From a virus (taxonomy: Duplodnaviria > Caudoviricetes), in the IMG/VR virus record IMGVR_UViG_3300034280_000211, positions 1 to 59,649 of that record: DNA of 59,649 bases, one strand, 5' to 3'. Positions within the stretch are counted from its first letter, which is position 1. Each line of letters opens with the position of its first letter. Below, piece after piece: positions 53,610-59,649 of the stretch. The translations under genes and the position numbers were made by a program. The notes beneath the pieces are model-generated. The model was not told the DNA's origin. It saw nothing but the letters and a program-made list of their open reading frames with translations, and did not search any database.

Positions 53610-55564
53610 GTCCACGGGCCTGTAAAGCTGCCGTCCACAGGCCCCTTCCAGCCAGATTCGCGAAGCATCTCCTGAAACGCCGCGCGTGATGGACTGTCGG
53701 CACCAAGGGTTGCAATCTGACTGAGCATCGCGGCTTGCGATGCGTTCGGGGGCCGTACGACCTGACTCATGCGTTTGTCCATGCGCCGGCGTGTGTCTCT
53801 TTCGCGGGCAAGGCGAGCCATCACATCCTTTACTCGCTGGGCGGTCTTTTGTGCATGTGCTACATCGTCAAAAGGCTCTGGGGCCGATGTGATCGGGCGA
53901 CCATACCAATCAGAAAAATATGCGTCCGATGCTTGCTGCGCCTGACGCGACGCAATCATGGCTTGTAATTTCTCACGGGCTGCGGCGTGCCGCTCCTGAC
54001 CCGGCGCAATTGTGTTGATATGCAGATCAGAATGCGCAAATCCGTTCTGACTGTACGCCGACCCTACGTCCTGTCTGTGCAAATCACCTGAGATGGTTTG
54101 GATGTACTCATTGATTGCTCTCTCTAGCTGCGGATCAAAGCTCATCCCGGCATTGCGCAGCAAATTAACACGCTCCCGCGCAAGGGCCGCCCTTTCGTCA
54201 ACACGTAGGTTCCTTCCAGTCCGAGTAGCCGCCTCCCCGCCCACTACTAGCGCGGTGCCCAGGTTAACGTCAGCTAGCGACTTGTATGGGGAGGTGGGGC
54301 CAAGGCTTTGAGATAGTGCAGCTAGCGCGCTGCGATTGTCGTCGGCGCGTTTCTTTGCTTGCATCGCCTCTTGCGGGCTGCCGTACTGCTGGCGGTCGTC
54401 AATTCCGTCCTTGTCGATATCAACGGGGCTCCCGCCATACGGCATCCCCTGGCTTCGTGGCGGGATAGGCTGGGCTTGGCCGGGGCGCGTCATCCAGTCC
54501 GGCGCGTACTCCGGAATCGGCGGATCGTTGTTGACGTAGTGAGCGTCTGACCAGAGCTTGCCGTCACGGTATTCAGCCGGGACGTAGGTCATGCCTGGGC
54601 GGTCGTTGGGGCTCTTGCTGACTGGGGCCTGCTGTGAAGGAGGCGGCGAAGCCTGCGACTGCCGCGTCATCCACTGATCACGCGGCTGATAGCCCGGGAG
54701 GGTGGAGAGCCACTGTTGATAGGGATCGGCCTGCATTGATGGCGCGGTGGGCGGCATCCTGGGCCCACCAGACATCGGGCCGTATGGATTACCGAACGGC
54801 TGCATGGACGGCGCGCCTGTTGGATTTCCATACAGGCTGGGCGGGGCGTACTGGCCAAGCTGCTGCATGGGGTCTTGCTGCAACCGTTGCAGGAACGGGT
54901 TGTAGAACCCGTCGTCCACCATCTGGTTGGCGTTACCCAACAGGGTCGGAACATCCAGCGTCTGTGGGCCCATGTTTTGATTCAGGGCATTGCCGAAGAC
55001 GAACGGCAGTTCCGCCCGGCGCACTTGCTGCACCATGGCGGCGCGCTGGGCCTGCTGCTGCTCAAACGACACCGGGTTGCCAGAGTAGTCAAAGTACTGC
55101 GATGTGAAGCTCTGCGGACGAGCGTTAGGCGTGTTGCCGTAGTTGCCAAACGGACTTTGCTGATGCTGCTGCACGGAAAACGTCGGGCCTTGCGGAGCCC
55201 CGAATGACTGGCTTGTGGGCCTGGGGCTGTACCAGTTCTGCTGGCCGTAGGCAGTCCCCAGAGACGGCGTCTGCGTCGGCTGCGCTTTGCCGGGGGCGTA
55301 GGCGGAGAAGTCCATCGATCCGGACTGTTTGGTCTGCGGCGCGGCGGGCTGCTGCGAGTTCGTGCGGAAGATTGCGTCACTTGGGATGCCGCCCTGCCCA
55401 GGCCGCGGCGCGGCGTAGGGGGACGATGAGTTAATCCTGCCGGACGGCTGCGAACTCCAATTACCCCAATCGGCAAACGCCTTCTGTGCCTGCTTCCCCT
55501 CCGCAGTCTGCATGTACTGGTCATGCGGCATATCCTGATACTGCGGCGATTTCTGCCAACGCAT
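53606..55564 (-). CDS. Low-complexity Q/P/G/S/Y-rich protein
   Basis: 652-aa ORF, TAATG coupled. Confidence 0.75.
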   Translation of the reverse strand: MRWQKSPQYQDMPHDQYMQTAEGKQAQKAFADWGNWSSQPSGRINSSSPYAAPRPGQGGIPSDAIFRTNSQQPAAPQTKQSGSMDFSAYAPGKAQPTQTPSLGTAYGQQNWYSPRPTSQSFGAPQGPTFSVQQHQQSPFGNYGNTPNARPQSFTSQYFDYSGNPVSFEQQQAQRAAMVQQVRRAELPFVFGNALNQNMGPQTLDVPTLLGNANQMVDDGFYNPFLQRLQQDPMQQLGQYAPPSLYGNPTGAPSMQPFGNPYGPMSGGPRMPPTAPSMQADPYQQWLSTLPGYQPRDQWMTRQSQASPPPSQQAPVSKSPNDRPGMTYVPAEYRDGKLWSDAHYVNNDPPIPEYAPDWMTRPGQAQPIPPRSQGMPYGGSPVDIDKDGIDDRQQYGSPQEAMQAKKRADDNRSALAALSQSLGPTSPYKSLADVNLGTALVVGGEAATRTGRNLRVDERAALARERVNLLRNAGMSFDPQLERAINEYIQTISGDLHRQDVGSAYSQNGFAHSDLHINTIAPGQERHAAAREKLQAMIASRQAQQASDAYFSDWYGRPITSAPEPFDDVAHAQKTAQRVKDVMARLARERDTRRRMDKRMSQVVRPPNASQAAMLSQIATLGADSPSRAAFQEMLRESGWKGPVDGSFTGPWT

Positions 55565-55713
55565 TATTCGTCACCCTTCTTCGTTGGGATGCTGTCCATG
55601 CCCATGCCGGTTCCCTGGAGCATGCGCAGTTTGATGATGTCCACGGACTCTGGCTTCCGCGTCTCGGCAATGAGTTGCCGGAGGTAGTCCAGGTTCTGGA
55701 TTGCTGGTTCCAT
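55564..55713 (-). CDS. Small protein, 49 aa (MEPAIQNLDYLRQLI...)
   Basis: Read manually; TAATG coupling to the next gene. Confidence 0.55.
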   Translation of the reverse strand: MEPAIQNLDYLRQLIAETRKPESVDIIKLRMLQGTGMGMDSIPTKKGDE

Positions 55714-55751
55714 AAAGAAAACGCCGCTGGCCAGTTGCCCAGCCAGCGGCG
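55714..55751 (-). terminator. Terminator after the capsid genes
   Basis: 10-bp stem CGCCGCTGGC/GCCAGCGGCG followed by TTTTCTTT. Confidence 0.75.
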
Positions 55752-55779
55752 CCCCCGATTGCCCTGTGACGGGCAGTTC

Positions 55780-56370
55780 TTAGTAGCGGGTCTTCACGAT
55801 GGCCAGGACGTTCGCCCCGGTGGTCGCACCCGTGCTGCACGCACGGCCGAGAACACCAAGACCGTTGTCGCCGGCACCAGTCGTCGCAGCACCCACTCCG
55901 CTCTTCGTCACGCGACCAGCCGTGGTGCCCGTCGAAGCCGCAGCGGTGATCGCCGCGAGACGGTCGCCCACAACCAGATCCGAGCCGCTGAGAGCAACAG
56001 CCACCTCAGTCGGACCTTCCACCGTGACCCAGAACACATCGTTCACCGCAACGCCCGTCGCCGGGAGATGCTCATCCACCACGCCAACGCGCTCTTCGTT
56101 GGTCGCCGTGGTGTAGCCCTTCGTCACCGTGAAGCCAGCCAGACCAGCCGTGGCCGTGTCGAACGACACAACCCGCTTGGGGGCCAGGGCGATGGACGAC
56201 GAGTTCCGCACGGCAACGCAGGTCTTCACCCGGTTGCTGCGGACGCGGCCCGTGCTGGGATCAACGTCAGGGAAGTTCTTCACCACCCCAACCCAATTTG
56301 CACCGTCCGTGGCGTTGGTGACCCCAAGGGTCTGGCCAAGCGAGAACGGCGGATCAACAAAAAGACTCAT
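55780..56370 (-). CDS. Capsid decoration/cement protein
   Basis: Thr/Gly/Val-rich; FW..V.GP; directly after MCP. Confidence 0.65.
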   Translation of the reverse strand: MSLFVDPPFSLGQTLGVTNATDGANWVGVVKNFPDVDPSTGRVRSNRVKTCVAVRNSSSIALAPKRVVSFDTATAGLAGFTVTKGYTTATNEERVGVVDEHLPATGVAVNDVFWVTVEGPTEVAVALSGSDLVVGDRLAAITAAASTGTTAGRVTKSGVGAATTGAGDNGLGVLGRACSTGATTGANVLAIVKTRY

Positions 56371-56388
56371 TTCAGATTACCTCTTTCT

Positions 56389-57516
56389 TTAGGCAAGGGC
56401 AAAGAGTTTGAAGAAGTTGCGCGGGCTCTTAAACTTAAGGTTGCCCAACGTTGACACAACGTAGCGATACTGTTGCGTAATTTCGTCGTAAAACGGACCC
56501 TCCGAGTTTAGAAGCTGTCCTTCCATGCAGAGCAACTCCATGTTGCCCATGGCGAGACCGTAGCCCGTGTTCGCCGGAATGGAATTTTCCGACGACACCT
56601 CAACTCCGTCGAACTCAAACACATCCGTGAAGCCGTAGCTCCGCAGACCGTTGGTCCGACCGATGATGACCCGCTCGTTCTCGTCCAGCTTGTTGAGCAT
56701 GTCGATGTACCACCGACGGTTCAGCAAGCACATGTCAATCTGATCTTCCTTCGTGTCGTTGCGACGAGCCTGATGAAGCGCCTCGCGGAGAGCCTTGCGG
56801 CAGTTGGCTGCCCAAGTCGAACCGCCGAAGTAGGTGCTGTTCACGTTGCAGATAACCGGCGAGAAGAAATCGAACTCCGGATCGGCTTCGCCGTTGGGCC
56901 AAACGCCCGACTTCTGCGATCCGCCGTACGCACCCAGGACGGTCGAAACACCGGCATAGTTGTCGTTCGGCCAGAAAAACGGATCGTCAGGGCTGGCCGC
57001 ACGCGCCTGGCCGGCGGTGGCACCACTAATAGTGATCGTCTGCGGCGTGAGGCCAAGCCCCAGGAACGACTCCAGGCCGTGGAAGCGAAGTTCGTTGCCT
57101 GGCGCGTAGCCGTCAACCACCCACTCCTTGGCAAGGTACTGCTCCATGCTGGTAAGGAGACGCGAAGCCATCTTGCCAGCAACGTTGACAAGAGCTTGTG
57201 CGCTACGATTTTCCAACATCTCTTTCTTGTAGATCGCGTCAGTCACTTGCGCGCCACGATACTCCAGCTCGGCGTTCTTCCAGAGGTTCTGGCGAGCGAA
57301 CGAGCGAGGAGTTTCGCCGTTGTTACCGCTGGGGGTATGGTTGCGATACTGGATTTCCCAGTCGAAACCTCGTCCCGACATGTTGGTGCGAATGTTGCCG
57401 CTGCCTTCCAAAGCAGCGAACACCTTGTACTTCCGCAACGAGGCGACCTCTTCCTCCCGAAGGTGGTTGACAATCGTCGTTGCGATGGAACGTGCCCAGT
57501 CAGTCGAACTAGCCAT
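56389..57516 (-). CDS. Major capsid protein
   Basis: 375 aa after the scaffold; G...F.GL, GF....F.GV, GNL...SPR. Confidence 0.8.
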   Translation of the reverse strand: MASSTDWARSIATTIVNHLREEEVASLRKYKVFAALEGSGNIRTNMSGRGFDWEIQYRNHTPSGNNGETPRSFARQNLWKNAELEYRGAQVTDAIYKKEMLENRSAQALVNVAGKMASRLLTSMEQYLAKEWVVDGYAPGNELRFHGLESFLGLGLTPQTITISGATAGQARAASPDDPFFWPNDNYAGVSTVLGAYGGSQKSGVWPNGEADPEFDFFSPVICNVNSTYFGGSTWAANCRKALREALHQARRNDTKEDQIDMCLLNRRWYIDMLNKLDENERVIIGRTNGLRSYGFTDVFEFDGVEVSSENSIPANTGYGLAMGNMELLCMEGQLLNSEGPFYDEITQQYRYVVSTLGNLKFKSPRNFFKLFALA

Positions 57517-58535
57517 TAAAGGACTCCATCGTTAACGAGTTGGCCTTTCAGCCGCTCTTCAAAACTCATCCGAGAACGCGGTGCCCTCGGCTCTGTGGTG
57601 CCTGCACTTCGATTCGGAGCGCGGGTTGCACGCTCGCGAAGGAACTGCATGTTCTGTTGTGCAACGGGGTCAACGGGGGCTTGGGGCTGCATGGGGGGCT
57701 GCTGCGGCATGGCCTGCGGCGGAGCCTGCTGCATCTGCTGGTAGCGGAGGTTCAGGAGATCCCGCTGGAGCATGCCGGTGGCGTACTGCCAACGGGCCTT
57801 GGGATCCTGGATGCCGATCTGCTGGGCCTGCCCGATGTACGCCTGGATGGCCTGACCTTCCCGGCTCACCGATCCGTCCTGGTTGTAGAGCCAGTCGGAG
57901 TTCTGACGTTCCAGATCGGAGACGAAGTTCTGAGCCTGATACTGACCCAGGTGCTGTTGCACAAGCTCCTGGGCCTTCTGCATCGCGACCTGTTCAACGA
58001 AAGGCTTCAGCGTTGTCTCGGGATCCGTGACCAGCTTCCGCGCGAAGTTCGCGGTGTAGTCCTGGTACTTCCTGAGAGCCTGCTGGGCCTCAAACGGAGC
58101 GTTGGGGTCGATGACCTCTTTGCCCGTCTGCGGGTCGCGGACGATGTACGACTTGTAGGTGTCTTCGATGGACGGGGGGTTCCACCACTTCGGCTGCTCG
58201 GGAGCCTTGGGGCGGCTGGCTTCCTGCTGGGCGGCAAGCCACTGCTGATACTTCTCAGCGTTCGCCATGTATTCCGTCGTCTTCGGGATCAACGACTGGA
58301 ACTGCTGAAGCTGACGCTGGGTCTCACCGTAACCGTTGAACGCACGGTACAGGTTCTGGGCGATGGCGAGATCGTCCTGGCCCGCAAATTCGGGAAGATG
58401 TTTGAAGGCAGAAAACGGGGAATCGAAGCCCTGCGATGCGTCTTGTGCAGGCGCCGACTGCGGAGGAGCGGAATCAACGGGAGCCGAAACGGGGGCTTCG
58501 GAAACGGATTCGGTCTGGAGAATTTCGTCGGACAT
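57516..58535 (-). CDS. Scaffolding protein
   Basis: Acidic N-terminus, Gln-rich helices, TAATG coupled to MCP. Confidence 0.7.
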   Translation of the reverse strand: MSDEILQTESVSEAPVSAPVDSAPPQSAPAQDASQGFDSPFSAFKHLPEFAGQDDLAIAQNLYRAFNGYGETQRQLQQFQSLIPKTTEYMANAEKYQQWLAAQQEASRPKAPEQPKWWNPPSIEDTYKSYIVRDPQTGKEVIDPNAPFEAQQALRKYQDYTANFARKLVTDPETTLKPFVEQVAMQKAQELVQQHLGQYQAQNFVSDLERQNSDWLYNQDGSVSREGQAIQAYIGQAQQIGIQDPKARWQYATGMLQRDLLNLRYQQMQQAPPQAMPQQPPMQPQAPVDPVAQQNMQFLRERATRAPNRSAGTTEPRAPRSRMSFEERLKGQLVNDGVL

Positions 58536-58614
58536 TTATTTCACCTTCGGGGGGAGGAGGTTCCTCTGGTGAACTAATGTCTAGGTCGGCCAAAAATGAA
58601 AACCGATTTGTGGC

Positions 58615-58929
58615 TTACGGGTCAAACTTCTCCCGCTCGGAGGCCCGCCGGAGCCGGCCGACCATGTAGTCCAAATACGCCATGTCCATGTCGGCGTATC
58701 GGTTGGCGGCAGCGGCATGCGGCGCACTGCGATATCCGGCCGGGCGGTTGCTGTACGGAACTTGCCTGCGGTGAATCAATGCATTCGGTTCGCCGTACCC
58801 GGATGGCTCGTCTATGAATGGGTTCCTGTAGTCGGGCGGCGGCAGCGGCTCCATCTCCGTCATCCCAACATTGCCGATCATCATCTTGGCGCGCGGATCC
58901 ATTGCGATCTCCTGTGGACGGACGTTCAC
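58615..58929 (-). CDS. Hypothetical protein
   Basis: 104-aa ORF in operon orientation. Confidence 0.6.
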   Translation of the reverse strand: MNVRPQEIAMDPRAKMMIGNVGMTEMEPLPPPDYRNPFIDEPSGYGEPNALIHRRQVPYSNRPAGYRSAPHAAAANRYADMDMAYLDYMVGRLRRASEREKFDP

Positions 58930-58944
58930 AGGATTAATGTCCCG

Positions 58945-59511
58945 CTATTGCGTCCGAAGTCTGCGAATGACTGAGATGGGCTGCGAGTAATCGTCTAGCG
59001 AGTACGCGCGCGCTGGTGGCTGGGGATGGAGCGGCGATGGAAATCGATACGACCGATTAATTGGCAACTCAAACACCCGGCGGATACTCACGGCTTCTGG
59101 CGATATCGCCTGCAACTCATCTGCTAGACCAATGCCGTTCCAATTGTTCACCCACGAAACACCGGCATCTCGCATTGCCGGCACTAATCCGGCCGTGTTT
59201 CCGGATTGCGCAATCATTTGCTCTGCGGCGTTGTCTATCAGACTTGCGACTGAGGCATCGGAGTAATCGACGCCCGGGCCGGCAACTGTCGCGTAGACTA
59301 TTCCTCTCCGCCCAATTGGCTCGTCCGGAAGAGGGCTTGGGACGCGCTCGTGCGGCAATCGCGCAAACGACATCCCGTAATCACGCGCCTGCATACCAGA
59401 CAGGATACTGTCTAAGTTGCTGGATTCATGCGACACCATATGCTGTCGCGGTTTCGCGGCTGCGGCCACCCTTTGGATAAGGTCGTCTATTGACCGCAGT
59501 GGGTTAGCCAT
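58945..59511 (-). CDS. Hypothetical head-module accessory protein
   Basis: 188 aa, TAATG coupled. Confidence 0.65.
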   Translation of the reverse strand: MANPLRSIDDLIQRVAAAAKPRQHMVSHESSNLDSILSGMQARDYGMSFARLPHERVPSPLPDEPIGRRGIVYATVAGPGVDYSDASVASLIDNAAEQMIAQSGNTAGLVPAMRDAGVSWVNNWNGIGLADELQAISPEAVSIRRVFELPINRSYRFPSPLHPQPPARAYSLDDYSQPISVIRRLRTQ

Positions 59512-59522
59512 TACTCGTCACT

Positions 59523-59649
59523 CAATAGCCCATAGGCTATGCCCCCACCCATGACTCCTCCTGCGCCCATCAGCCCTCCGGCGATCTCGGGGTTCTCTTG
59601 GAGTGCCTTGCGGAGAACGACTTGCGGGGATTCTGCGGCGAGGCGGGCG
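59523..59649. repeat. Terminal direct repeat copy 2
   Basis: Identical to 1-127. Confidence 0.95.

Larger units (their letters stand above)
1..59649. mobile_element. Complete tailed phage genome, podovirus-like, possibly temperate
   Basis: TerL, portal, capsid, tail and ejection genes, a recombination module and circular overlap are all present. Confidence 0.93.

Noticed and set aside
26600-59480. Numerous long + strand ORFs (e.g. 32256-33491, 55486-56454, 57540-58577)
   Set aside because: Antisense shadows of GC-rich - strand genes, with no motifs or SD
58945-59511. ADP-ribosyltransferase-like effector
   Set aside because: Only vague H...F..GIVY similarity; no convincing catalytic motif

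Overview
The window looks like a complete, circularly assembled genome of a tailed dsDNA phage, about 59.5 kb. Bases 1-127 recur exactly at 59523-59649, probably an assembler k-mer overlap, and one gene spans the junction. A long leftward morphogenesis arm runs from about 3930 across the junction down to 26576. It carries accessory head proteins, scaffold, major capsid, a glycosyltransferase-like gene, terminase, HNH, portal, tail fibre/LamG proteins, tail adaptor/nozzle and large ejection proteins; there is no tape measure or sheath, so the virion is podovirus-like. A rightward early arm of tiny genes (5372-11708) ends in a serine recombinase. A leftward middle arm (25497-11479) carries RecE-like exonuclease, ERF, SSB, a split SF2 helicase, nucleases, a Holliday resolvase, three proteases with membrane proteins, and a sigma-70 factor. 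A lone tyrosine recombinase sits next to a tRNA 5' fragment. I recognise no DNA polymerase, primase, complete tRNA, CRISPR array or peptidoglycan hydrolase. A Planctomycetota host is an inference only. The most notable signals are: a protease/membrane cassette in place of an endolysin; a shared peptide motif in accessory head-module proteins; two candidate structured ncRNAs; a GGGTTTA -1 frameshift site in the helicase; an attP-like tRNA 5' half; a late-promoter motif GGACAYT; and a repeat/hairpin-bounded variable locus between the tail fibre genes. All calls come from visual motif recognition; no database searches were run.
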